From Squalus acanthias (lineage: Eukaryota): a stretch of DNA of 64,000 nucleotides. Each line of letters starts with the position of its first letter. Position 1 is the stretch's first letter. The stretch is taken from contig JASTWF010000349.1 in NCBI GenBank assembly GCA_030390025.1, positions 248,001 to 312,000 of the forward strand, read 5' to 3'. Shown here piece after piece: positions 30,816 to 42,164 of the stretch. A program made the position numbers and the translations under genes. The notes below the pieces were generated by a model that searched no databases, was not told where the DNA came from, and saw only the letters and a list, made by a program, of their open reading frames with translations.

Positions 30816-32727
30816 TTAATTATCCTTGTGCATTCCCTTAGTGCCTGCCTTCTGTGAGCCTTTGCCTGTCTTAGTGCTCCTATGCAGTGCTACCCCAGTG
30901 GCTGCAGCATGGCTGGTGGGAGGCTGCTGACTTTCTGTTGATAAGACTGCAAATGGCCTTGCAGGACAACCTCGAGCAGCTCTGGGCCTAGTAGGCCTGG
31001 CTACAGACTGCACCACCTCGGCATGGGCAGCAGCAGTCCGAGCTGGCTGGTTGACAGGCAACAGCAAGGGCACTGAGGGAGGGGCAGTGGTGGGAGGATG
31101 AATGCGGTCATTCTGAGAGAGGACAATTTGTCCTCCACGGAGCCACTGCCACTCCCCTGGGACGGTGCCTCAACATTCCCGGTAATCTGCTGGAGCACAG
31201 ACAGCTGGACTGCTGCCATACCCTGCAAGCCCCTTTCAACACTGGAAAACCCAGCCATGATGGCAGCAGCCTGTTCTTGCGTGGCAGCAGTCTGAGCTTC
31301 CACTGCAGCACTCAGACGTTGAGTGGCTTCTGCTTGCGCTGCAATGGAAGCTGAGACATCGGCCATCAGACGCGGCATATGGCTGGGTCCACAAGTTCGC
31401 TGATGGATCCGCCCATCCCTCCCACACTGGCAAGGATGGGCTCCAAGCTCTGTGCAAAGCCCTGTGCAAGGTTGGAGCTGGACTCCTTCATGCTCCTTGA
31501 CATTGCACTCAGGCTTTCTGGCAGCCCTGCCAATGCACCAAGCATTTCATTCTGAATACCCATCAGCCTTCTTCTGTAGGCCACCGTATCGAAGTCCTTA
31601 TCTGAGTCCTGTGCAGCAGAACTCGTGTGTGTGACCTCGCCCTCCGGGGAGCTGGCACCTGGGCTACCCTTTCCCCCTGCCCTGGCTGCAGCCCACTCCT
31701 GCCCGGAGACTCACCACGTGTAGATCCTGCCTCTAAGCTACCCTCTAAACTCCACGCAGTGCCAGTATCTGAGCTGGTGGCTGCGAGTGTCAGATCGAGT
31801 GATGGTGTTTCTTCTTCATCACTCTCCTCTTCCTGTTCCTTTTTGCACCACTGCTTGGCCAGGTTGGATTTCTTGGGTCTCTGAAATGAGAAAGACACAA
31901 GGGTAGGGTTGTGGTCAGGGGGAGGAAGGGAGAAGCAAGAGGTGCAAGCTCACACCATCTGCAGCTTGTAAGTCAGAAGAGATTGTGAGATGAGGGAGAA
32001 GTGGGTTGTGAGAAGGAGGATTAGGTATGAGCATACCGTCATCTTCAATGGTTTCAGCCCCGCCGCTGGCCACGGCCTCAGTCACGGTCACTCCAATGAT
32101 GGTGAGCACCGTCTCCTCAAGTGGGTCAGGATATGGAGGCACGCCTGCCCCCCTCCAGTTAGCTGCCACTGCCTTCGATTGTACACCACCTTGTCCTGCA
32201 AGAGAGAGGGAAGTGTGTCAGTGAGTGTGGTTCACCGTGTTCGGCTGACGTGACTGTCATGTTTGAATAGCTGGCTGTGTGTGCAAGCTGTGAAATGTGG
32301 GTGTGAGGCTTGCAGCAGTGGTAAGAGTGCGAGGCTGAGATGGAGCTAGGAATGTGAGGTATGAGTGGTGATTGATAGAGATTGTTGGTAGGTGAGTGAT
32401 GGGGGTGTGGTGAATTGAGCAGTGTGTGAGGCAAGTGGTGCAGTTTGTGGGATATGGCATTTGAAGATTAATTCACTGACCTTGACCACTCGTGTGAGGT
32501 CATTAAACTTCTTGTGGCACAACATCCAGGTTCTCGGGGTTACACTGCTCGCATTGACTGACGGCTATCAAGTCCCAATGCTTTCTCACAGTTTGTCCGC
32601 CGGGCCTCCTGGCCCCCTGTGGATAGAAGACCTCTCTTCTCCTGTCCACCTCCAGCACCAAGGCCTCCAGTGCTGCGTGTGAAAATCTGGGAGCTCTCTC
32701 TCTCTCTCTGCCATGTTGCGCCATCAC
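30816..32727 (-). pseudogene. Harbinger Myb/SANT-like DNA-binding protein gene, spliced and decayed
   Basis: RERAPRFSHAALEALVLEVDRRREVFYP...W...KKFNDLTR; plausible GT-AG introns at about 32480-32196 and 32035-31882; acidic and coiled-coil-like downstream exon. Confidence 0.75.
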
Positions 32728-33011
32728 TCAGTTTTTTTGTTCCTCAGTCTGTTTCCCAGCCATTTCCACCACCTGCTGAAGCCAGAATGCACCTCCCATT
32801 TAAAAGGTGCAGACTGCATTTAAGAACTGCAGGCTAGCTTTAATTTGTGCTCGCCTCGCACGAACTTGGGCCCCCTGCTGAGGCGCTAAGCCACTGAATA
32901 GCACATTTAGCACTTCCTTACCGCTGCAATCATTTTAATTAACAGGCAGCATGACGTTTGCGTGCTGCCTGCAATAGACTCAACGGGCACGGGCTAATCG
33001 TGCATCACGAT

Positions 33012-33182
33012 GTATCATCTGAAAATTCACAGATTGTTCCCCCAACACCTACATCCAGATCAGTAATACAAATAGTAAAGATCAACGGTCCCAACAACAA
33101 TCCCTGTGGGACATCACTGGTGACCTGTCTTCAAACAGATCCAAATCCATCTTTAACTATTTTCTGCCTATGTCCTGCCAGC
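33012..33182 (-). mobile_element. Old CR1 RT fragment
   Basis: Minus strand reads VTSDVPQGLLLGPLIFTICITDLD...EFSDDT. Confidence 0.8.
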
Positions 33183-33835
33183 CAGTCCCTCTCCCCTCAT
33201 TTACCCTCAGTCCCTCTCCCCTCATTTACCCTCAGTCCCTCTCCCCTCATTAACCTCAGTCCCTCTCCCCTCATTTACCCTCAGTCCCTCTCCCCTCATT
33301 TACCCTCAGTCCCTCTCCTCATTTACGCTCAGTCCCTCTCCCCTCATTTACCCTCAGTCCCTCTCCCCTCATTTAAACTCAGTCCCTCTCCCCTCATTTA
33401 CCCTCAGTCCCTCGGCCCTCATTTAAACTCAGTCCCTCTCCCCTCATTCACCCTCAGTCCCTCTCCCCTCATTCACCCTCAGACCCTCTCCCCTCATTTA
33501 CCCTCAGTCCCTCTCCCCTCATTTACACTCAGTCCCTCTCCCCTCATTCACTCTCAGTCCCTCTCCCCTCATTCACACTCAGACCCTCTCCCCTCATTTA
33601 CCCTCAGTCCCTCTCCCCTCATTTACCCTCAGTCCCTCTCCCCTCATTTACCCTCAGTCCCTCTCCCCTTATTTACCCTCAGTCCCTCTCCCCTCATTTA
33701 CCCTAAGTCCCTCTCCCCTCATTTACCCTCAGTCCATCTCCCATCATTCACTCTCAAACCCTCTCCCCTCATTTACCCTCAGTCACTCTCCCCTCATTTA
33801 CACTCAGTCCCTCTCTCCTCAGTCCCTCTCCCCTC
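33183..33835 (+). repeat. 25-bp satellite (CAGTCCCTCTCCCCTCATTTACCCT)n, proximal block
   Basis: About 26 tandem units. Confidence 0.97.
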
Positions 33836-36800
33836 CTCTGGGCTGGAGAGAAACTTGGAGTGGGAGGGGGAGGATCCAGTTGTCGTGGTCCATGTTGGTA
33901 CCAATGACATAGATAGGACAAGGAAAGAGGTTCTGCTGAGGGAGTTTGAGCAGCTAGGGGCCAAATTAAAAAGCAGAACCTCGAGGGTAATAACCTCTGG
34001 ATTACTACCTGAGCCACGAGCAAATTTGGCTAGGGTAAATAAAATCAGGGAGTTGAATGCGTGGCTCAAAGACTGGTGTGGGAAAAATGGGTTTTGCTTC
34101 TTGGGACACTGGCACCAGTACTGGGGCAGGAGAGAGCTGTTCCGTTGGGACGGACTTCACTTGGCCAGTGCTGGGACTAGTGTCCTGGCGAATCGAATAA
34201 CTAGGGCTGTGGAGAGGGCTTTAAACTAGTGGGGGGGGAGGTTTCAAGAGAGCAAAAAATAAAAATGACAACAGAGAGGGTCATAGACATAGGTAGCAGT
34301 AGGGGAATCACAAATCAGAGCGTGGCAGGAAGGGACAGAGTGTGTGGAGTAAAAGGTAAAGTGATAAAAAGTGAAAAAGCAGGAACTAAGTGCCACAAAG
34401 CATATTTGAAAGTTCTCTATCTGAATGCACGTAGCATTCGTAACAAAATAGACGAGTTAATGGCACAAATAACTACATATGGTTATGATATTGTGGCCAT
34501 TACAGAAACATGGCTGCAGGGTGACAATGCCTGGGAATTAAACATACCAGGTTATTTAACGATCAGGAAGGACAGGCAGGAAGGAAGGGGAGGTGGGGTG
34601 GCTATGTTAATAAAGGAAGGAATCACTGTAATACAGAGTAATGATATTGGGTCAAAAAATCATGATAATGAAACAGTTTGGGTGGAGATAAGGAATAATA
34701 AGGGGAAAAAAACACTAGTGGGCGTAGTCTATAGGCCTCCGAACAGTTGCAACTCTGTTGGACGGAGTATCAATCAGGAAATAGTTGAGGCATGTAATAA
34801 GGGAACATCTATAATTATGGGGGATTTTAACTATCATATTAATTGGACAAATCAAATGGGGCAGGGCTGCCTTGAGGATGAGTTCATTGAGTGTATTAGG
34901 GATGGGTTTCTTGAGCAGTATGTAACTGAACTGACCAGGGGGCAAGCAACCTTAGATCTGGTCCTGTGTAACGAGACAGGATTAATTAAAAATGTCCTAG
35001 TAAAGGATCCCCTTGGAATGAGTGACCATAACATGGTTGAATTCCATATTCAATTAGAGGGTGAGAAGGTTGGATCTCAAACAAGCGTGCTAAGCTTGAA
35101 TAAAGGAGACTATGAAGGTATGCGAGTGGAATTGAGTAGAGTGGATTGGGAAAATAGATTAAAGGGTAAGACGACACATGATCAGTGGTGTACATTCAAG
35201 GAGTTATTTTACAACTTCCAAAAAAAATATATTCCACTGAAAAGAAAAGGGTGTAAAAGAAAGGACAGTCATCCGTGGCTAAGTAAAGAAATTAAGGATA
35301 GTATTCGACTAAAAACAAGGGCATATAAGGTAGCGAAATCTAGTGGGAGGACAGAGGATTGGGATAACTTTAAAAGGCAGCAAAAAATAACAAAAAGATT
35401 GATTAAGAAAGGGAAGATAGATTATGAAAGTAAATTAGCAAAAAATATAAAAACAGATAGTAAGAGTTTTTATAGTAATATAAAAAGAAAAAGGGTGGCT
35501 AAAGTAAATGTTGGTCCCTTAGAGGATGAGACCGGGAAATTAATGGTGGGAAATATGGAGATGGCAAAAACACTGAATGAATATTTTGTATCAGTCTTTA
35601 CAGTAGAGGACACTAAGAATATCCCAACACTGGACAAACAGGGGACTATAGGGGGAGAGGAGCTAAACACGATCAAAATCACTAAGGAAGTGGTACTCGG
35701 TAAAATAATGGGACTCAAGGTGGATAAATCACCTGGACCTGATGGCTTACATCCTAGAGTCTTGAAGGAAGTGATGGTAGGGATTGTAGATGCATTGGTA
35801 ATAATTTTTCAAAACTCCCTGGATTCCGCTAAGGTCCCGGCAGACTGGAAAACTGCTAATGTAACACCCTTATTTAAAAAGGGCAGTAGACAGAAGGCTG
35901 GTAACTATAGACCGGTTAGCCTAACATCTGTGGTAGGTAAAATTTTGGAGTCCATTATTAAGGAAACAGTAACAGGACATTTGGATAATCATAATTTAAT
36001 AGGACAAAGTCAGCATGGTTTTACGAAGGGGAAGTCATGTTTGACAAATTTGCTGGAGTTCTTTGAGGAAGTAACATATAGAGTGGATAAAGGGGAACCA
36101 GTGGACGTAGTGTATTTAGACTTCCAAAAGGCATTTGACAAGGTGCCACACAAAAGATTATTGCTTAAGGTAAAAAATCACGGGATTGGGGGTAATATTC
36201 TGGCATGGATAGAGGATTGGCTATCTAACAGAAAGCAAAGAGTTGGGATAAATGGTTCATTCTCAGACTGGCAATCAGTAACTAGTGGTGTTCCACAGGG
36301 GTCAGTGCTGGGTCCCCAACTCTTTGCAATCTATATTAACGATTTGGAGGAAGGGACCAACTGTAACATATCAAAATTTGCAGATGATACAAAGATGGGA
36401 GGGAAAGTAGTGAGTGAGGAGGACATAAAAAACCTGCAAGGGGACATAGACAGGCTAAGTAAGTGGGCAGAGATTTGGCAGATGGAATACAACACTGGAA
36501 AGTGTGAGGTGATGCACTTTGGCAGGAAAAATCCTAGAGCAATTTATTATCTTAATGGCAAGAAACTGGTGAGTACTGAAGTGCAAAGGGATCTGGGGGT
36601 CCTGGTGCACGAAACTCAAAAGGTTAGTATGCAGGTGCAGCAAGTGATTAAGAAGGCAAATGGAATGTTGGCTTTCATTGCTAGGGGGATAGAATATAAA
36701 AATAGGGAGGTATTGCTTCAGTTGTACAAGGTATTGGTGAGACCGCACCTGGAATACTGCATACAGTTTTGGTGTCCTTACTTAAGGAAATACATCCTTG

Positions 36801-37452
36801 CTCTCGAGGCAGTGCAAAAAAGGTTCACTCGGTTAATCCCGGGGATGAGGGGGTGGTCATATGAGGAGAGGTTGGGTAGATTGGGACTCTACTCATTGGA
36901 GTTCAGAAGAATGAGAGGCGATCTTATTGAAACATATAAGATTGTGAAGGGGTTGGATCGGGTGGCTGCGGGGAGGATGTTCCCGATGACGGGTGAGACG
37001 AGAACTAGGGGACATAGTCTTAGAATAAGGGGCTGCTCTTTCAAAACTGAGATGAGGAGGAACTACTTCACTCAGAGGGTGGTAGGTCCATGGAATATGC
37101 TGCCACAAAAAGCTGTAGAAGCTACATCATTAAATAAATTTAAAACAGAAATAGACAGTTTCCTAGAAGTAAAGGGCATTAAGGGTTACGGGGAGCGGGC
37201 AGGAATTTGGACATGAGTCTAGGTTCGGATCGGTCATGGCCCTGTGGGTAGTGGAGCGGGCCCAGGGACCGTGTAGCCTGATTCTGCTCCTATTTCGTGT
37301 GTGCAATTCTGTTAGATGCAGGAGATGGTTCTGTGATAGATAGTAGATTGGCGGTTAGGATCAGATCAGCCATGATCTTATTGAATGGCGGAGCAGGCTT
37401 GAGGGGCTGATTGGCCTACTCCTGCTCCTATTTCTTATGTTCTTATGTTCTT
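33836..37452 (+). mobile_element. CR1 LINE, 5'-truncated within ORF1, intact ORF2, inserted in the satellite
   Basis: ORF1 C-terminal half ending VERALN*; ORF2; tail TTCTTATGTTCTTATGTTCTT; satellite phase continues across the insertion (CCCCTC|ATTCAC). Confidence 0.95.
34229..37216 (+). CDS. CR1 ORF2 (APE endonuclease + reverse transcriptase), 995 codons, uninterrupted
   Basis: YLNARS, AITETWL, GDFN, SDHN; YRPVSLTS, DFQKAFD, GVPQGSVLGP, FADD; the true start is uncertain. Confidence 0.95.
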   Translation: MGGEVSREQKIKMTTERVIDIGSSRGITNQSVAGRDRVCGVKGKVIKSEKAGTKCHKAYLKVLYLNARSIRNKIDELMAQITTYGYDIVAITETWLQGDNAWELNIPGYLTIRKDRQEGRGGGVAMLIKEGITVIQSNDIGSKNHDNETVWVEIRNNKGKKTLVGVVYRPPNSCNSVGRSINQEIVEACNKGTSIIMGDFNYHINWTNQMGQGCLEDEFIECIRDGFLEQYVTELTRGQATLDLVLCNETGLIKNVLVKDPLGMSDHNMVEFHIQLEGEKVGSQTSVLSLNKGDYEGMRVELSRVDWENRLKGKTTHDQWCTFKELFYNFQKKYIPLKRKGCKRKDSHPWLSKEIKDSIRLKTRAYKVAKSSGRTEDWDNFKRQQKITKRLIKKGKIDYESKLAKNIKTDSKSFYSNIKRKRVAKVNVGPLEDETGKLMVGNMEMAKTLNEYFVSVFTVEDTKNIPTLDKQGTIGGEELNTIKITKEVVLGKIMGLKVDKSPGPDGLHPRVLKEVMVGIVDALVIIFQNSLDSAKVPADWKTANVTPLFKKGSRQKAGNYRPVSLTSVVGKILESIIKETVTGHLDNHNLIGQSQHGFTKGKSCLTNLLEFFEEVTYRVDKGEPVDVVYLDFQKAFDKVPHKRLLLKVKNHGIGGNILAWIEDWLSNRKQRVGINGSFSDWQSVTSGVPQGSVLGPQLFAIYINDLEEGTNCNISKFADDTKMGGKVVSEEDIKNLQGDIDRLSKWAEIWQMEYNTGKCEVMHFGRKNPRAIYYLNGKKLVSTEVQRDLGVLVHETQKVSMQVQQVIKKANGMLAFIARGIEYKNREVLLQLYKVLVRPHLEYCIQFWCPYLRKYILALEAVQKRFTRLIPGMRGWSYEERLGRLGLYSLEFRRMRGDLIETYKIVKGLDRVAAGRMFPMTGETRTRGHSLRIRGCSFKTEMRRNYFTQRVVGPWNMLPQKAVEATSLNKFKTEIDSFLEVKGIKGYGERAGIWT

Positions 37453-37680
37453 ATTCACCCTCAGTCCCTCTCCCCTCATTTAAACTCAGTCCCTCTCCCC
37501 TCATTCACCCTCAGTCCCTCTCACCTGATTTAAACTCAGTCCCTCTACCCTCATTTACCCTCAGTCCCTCTCCCCTCATTTACCCTGAGTCCCTCTCCCG
37601 TCATTTAACCTCAGTCTCTCTCCCCTCATTTACCCTCAGTCCCTCTCCCCTCATTTACCCTCAGTCACTCTCCCCTCAGT
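37453..37680 (+). repeat. 25-bp satellite, middle block
   Basis: About 9 units between two CR1 elements. Confidence 0.96.
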
Positions 37681-40600
37681 GCAGTTTGTCACGGAGTGCA
37701 GATCGGAACAGAGTGTTAAGCTGCGAGTTTGGTGAGTGAGGGAGTTTGGGGAGGGAGGTGTTCCTTTCTTTTTCCATCTTTGTCAGCTTCCAGGAGAGCA
37801 GGAGCTAAAAAGTTGCACAAGAGGGGACAGAGAACCAGCGGTGAGTATTTCTACAGTATTTCTACATTCCTGTCATTAAAGTAAAATTAAGGTCTCTAGT
37901 TTAGAGTAAATAGTGTTTAAAGGGAAGTAAGGTCCCTAGTGTATTTAATATTCTTTAAATTAAAAGGAGTAAATTAAGGGTAGGACATGGCAGGGCAGCT
38001 CGGCAGCGTGGAGTGCTCCTCCGGTGCTATGTTGGAAGTCAGGGACACTTTAGGTGTCCAGGGCAAACACATGTGCAGGAAGTGTCTCCAGTTGCAGCTA
38101 CTCGAAATCCGCATTTCAGAGCTGGAGCTGCGGCTGGAGTCACTGTGGAGCATCCGCGAAGCTGAGATCTTCGTGGATAGCACGTTTAACAAGGTGGTCA
38201 CACTGCAGGTAAAGAGTGCACAGGCAGGCAGGGAATGGGTGACCACAAGACAGAGTAAAAGAACTAGGAAGGTAGTGCAGAAGTCCCCTGGGTCCATCTC
38301 CCTCTCCGACAGATTTTCCGTTTTGGATACTGATGGGGGAGAGGGTTTCTCAGGGCAATGCAACCAGAGCCAAGTCCGTGGCACTACAACTGGCTCAGCT
38401 GCACAGGAGGGGAGGAAAAAGAGTGGGAGAGCAATAGTGATAGGGGATTCTATCATAAGGGGAACAGATAGACGTTTCTGTGGCTGCAGACGTGACTCCA
38501 GGATGGTATGTTGCCTCCCTGGTGCCAGGGTCAAGGATGTCACTGAACGGCTGCAGGGCATTCTGAAGGGGGAGGGCGAACAGTCAGAGGTCGTGGTTCA
38601 CATTGGTACCAACGACATGGGTAGAAAGAGGGATGAGGTCCTGCAACAAGAATTGAGGGAGCTAGGTAGCAGATTAAAAAGCAGGACCTCAAAGGTTGTA
38701 ATCTCTGGATTACTCCCGGTGCCACGTGCCAGTGAGTATAGGAATAGGAGGATAGAGCAGATGAATGCGTGGCTAAAGAGTTGGTGCAGGAGGGAGGGCT
38801 TTAGTTTCCTGGATCACTGGGTCTGCTTCTGGGGAAGGTGGGACCTGTAAAAGTCGGACGGGTTGCACCTGAACCGGAACGGGACCAACATCCTTGTGAG
38901 GAGGTTTGCTAGTACTGTTGGGGGGGTTTAAACTAACTTGGGAGGGGGATGGGATACGGAGTGGAGCTATAGTAGGGGGTGATGCACAGCCAAATATAGA
39001 GGAAAAAACAAGTCAGCCTGGAAGGCAGAGCAAATATGTAACGGCACAAGGGAGTATGGCAAGGCTGGATGGCATTTATTTTAATGCAAGGAGTCTTGCG
39101 AGTAAGGCAGATGAATTGAAGGTGTTGATGAACACATGGGAGTATAATATTGTTTATTCACAGAGACATGGTTGAGGGAGGGGCAGGACTGGCAGCTCAA
39201 TATTCCGGGGTATAGAATCTTCAGACGAGACAGAGGTGGGTGTAAAAGAGGAGGGGGTGTCGCAATATTAATCAAGGAGTCAATTACTGCTGTAAGGAGG
39301 GATGATATCTTAGCAGGTTCCTCTAATGAGGCCATATGGGTAGAATTTAAAAACAAAAAGGGGGCAAGCACTTTGCTGGGAGTGTACTATAGGCCCCCAA
39401 ACAGTCAGGGGGAGATAGAAGAACAGATATGTAGGCAAATCTCAGAGAAGTGTAGAAATAATAGGGTAATATTAGTAGGGGATTTCAACTTCCTCAATAT
39501 TAACTGGGATAGTCAGAGTGTGAAAGGCTTAGAGGGTGCGGAATTCTTAAAGTGCATCCAGGAGATATTTTTGAGCCAGCATGTAGAAAGTCCTACAAGA
39601 GAGGGGGCGGTACTGGACCTAATTCTAGGAAATGTAGCCGGGCAAGTGGTAGAAGTGTCAGTAGGAGAGCATTTTGGTGACAGTGACCATAATTCGGTGA
39701 GATTTAAGGTAGTAATGGAAAAGGACAAAGATGGACCGGAAATAAAGGTTCTAAATTGGGGGAAGGCCGATTTTAATATGATAAGGCAGGATCTGGCCAA
39801 AGTGGACTGGGATCAGCTACTTGTAGGAAAATCCACATCAAAGCAGTGGGAGTCTTTCAGAAAGGAAATAGAGAGAGTACATCGGCAACATGTTCCCGTA
39901 AAGGTCAAGGGTGGGACCAACAAGCCCAGGGAACCCTGGATGTCAAGGGATATACAAGAATGGATTAGGAAAAAAAGGGAGGCTTTTGGCAGATACAAAG
40001 GACTAAAAACAGTGGAAGCCCTAGAGGAGTATAGAAAGTGCAGGGGGGTACTTAAAAAAGAAATTAGGAGAGCGAAGAGGGGGCATGAAATAACACAGGC
40101 GGGCAAAATAAAGGAAAATCCCAAGGTGTTTTATAAGTATATTAAGGGCAAGAGGATAACCAGGGAAAGAGTAGGGCCCATTAGGGACCAAAGTGGCAAT
40201 CTGTGTGTAGAGCCAGAAGATGTAGGTGGGGTTTTAAATGAATATTTTGCATCTGTGTTCACTATGGAGAATGAGGATGTAGGCATAGAAATCAGGCAGG
40301 GGGATTGTGATATACTTGAACAAATTAGTATTGAGAGGGAGGAGGTACTAGCGGTTTTAGCGGGCTTAAAAGTGGATAAATCCCCAGGCCCAGACGAGAT
40401 GTATCCCAAGGCTGCTGTGTGAGGCAAGGGAGGAGATTGCAGGGGCTCTGACACAAATTTTCAGAACCTCTCTGGCCACAGGGGAGGTGCCAGAGGACTG
40501 GAGAACAGCTAACGTAGTACCATTATTCAAGAAGGGTAGCAGGGATAAACCAGGGAATTACAGGTCAGTGAGCCTAACATCAGTGGTAGGGAAATTATTG

Positions 40601-41364
40601 GAAAAAATTCTGAGGGACAGAATTAGTCTCCACTTGGAGAGGCAGGGATTAATCAGGGATAGTCAGCATGGCTTTGTCAGGGGGAGATCATGTCTAACTA
40701 ATTTGATTGAATTTTTTGAGGGGGTGACTAGGTGTGTGGATGAGGGCAGTGCAGTTGATGTAGTCTACATGGACTACAGAAAGGCTTTTGACAATGTCCC
40801 GCATGGGAGACTGGTCAAGAAGGTAAGAGCCCATGGGATCCAGGGCAACTTGGCACATTGGATCCAAAATTGGCTTAGTGGCAGGAGGCAGAGGGTGATG
40901 GTCGAAGGCTGTTTTTGTGACTGGAAGCCTGTGTCCAGTGGTGTACCGCAGGGATCGGTGCTGGGTCCTTTGCTGTTTGTAGTGTACAATAATGATTTAG
41001 ATATGAATGTAGGAGGTATGATCAGTAAGTTCGCAGCTGACACGAAAATTGGTGGGGTGGTAAATAGCGAGGAGGGAATCCTCAGGCTACAGGATGATAT
41101 AGACGGGTTGGTCAGATGGGCAGAACAGTGGCAAATGGAATTTAACCCTGAAAAGTGTGAGGTGATGCATTTTGGGAGGACTAACAAGGGAATGGGAATA
41201 CACAATGAATGGTAGGACCCTAGAAAGGACAGAGGATCAGAGGGACCTGTACATAGATCCCTGAAGGCAGCAGGACAGGGAGATAAGGTGGTTAAAAAGG
41301 CATATGGGATACTTGCCTTCATTAGCCGAGGCATAAAATATTAGAGCAGGGAGGTTATGATGGA
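37681..41364 (+). mobile_element. CR1 LINE with 5' UTR, ORF1 and decayed ORF2; 3' end deleted
   Basis: ORF1 37987-38850 (premature stop); ORF2 pieces 38927-39175, 39172-40422, 40487-41215; FAAD in place of FADD. Confidence 0.93.
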
Positions 41365-42148
41365 GCTCGCGAAATTAACGAGACATTTTGCGGTGGCGCT
41401 AAACACTACCGCCACGATCTCCTGCGCCGGCAGATCGTGACTTCAGTCGAGTGCGCAACGCCCCGGAGCGGATATTGAGTGGCGCCCCCTGCCTTACCGC
41501 CTGCCGCTAGCAATGACAGGTTGAGGGGAGCGTTTTGCATTCAGGAAGGGACTGGGGGAGCGCTATTTAAAGGCGACCGCTTCCTGCCTTTTTTTGTTGG
41601 TGACATTTTTGAACCATGCATTCTGAGAGAGAGAAAGAGAGACTTCTGGAGAGATTCAACGCTGTGCGAAGGAGTTTTGGGTACTGAGCAGCACTTTGCA
41701 GGTTCATTTTGATTTTCCCTTCCTTGTATCGATTTAGAAGAGAATGTGGGGGCTGCACTCTGAGCTCTTTCCCTGGTACTCTCCATTGTTCTTTCCAGCA
41801 GATTTGATGTACAGGTCTCTCCAGGCCGAGATTCAAGGCTGCAATGAGCAGAATGTGGATGGAAAGCAAGATCAACCCTCCCCTTTAAGAACTGGCCGGT
41901 GCCATTGTGTGTGTGTTCCATTGCTAACTGACATCACATGAGCTTCGCCAGCGCTCTGAGTTAGCGCCTCGCTCCTCGGCCTTTGCGCCTGAAGACAGGT
42001 GTGTAGCGCCCGATTTAGCGCTCCAATCACCTCCAGGAGCGACAAAAAGTCAAGTTTGCAGTCGGAGGCGATAATTAGCGCCAGACGCTAATCTTTGCGC
42101 CCGGCCAATAATTGCGCCCCAAACGGGGCGATACTGAATTTTACCCAC
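41365..42148 (-). mobile_element. Harbinger-type MITE 3 (MITE 1 subfamily), inverted, one end truncated
   Basis: Reverse complement of about 23828-24616; TIR ACTGAATTTTACCC at about 42133-42146. Confidence 0.88.
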
Positions 42149-42164
42149 ATTTACTCTATTTACA

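Larger units (their letters stand above)
29075..33011 (+). mobile_element. Decayed autonomous-type PIF/Harbinger transposon (transposase and Myb/SANT gene, convergent); right end missing
   Basis: Left TIR GGGCCAGAAATT; transposase remnants on the plus strand; Myb-like gene on the minus strand; no right TIR before CR1 sequence at 33012. Confidence 0.88.

Noticed and set aside
32958..34229. 423-aa ORF with a Ser/Pro-rich repeat fused to an esterase
   Set aside because: Chance read-through of an antisense CR1 fragment and satellite into a truncated CR1 ORF1; the start is not ATG.
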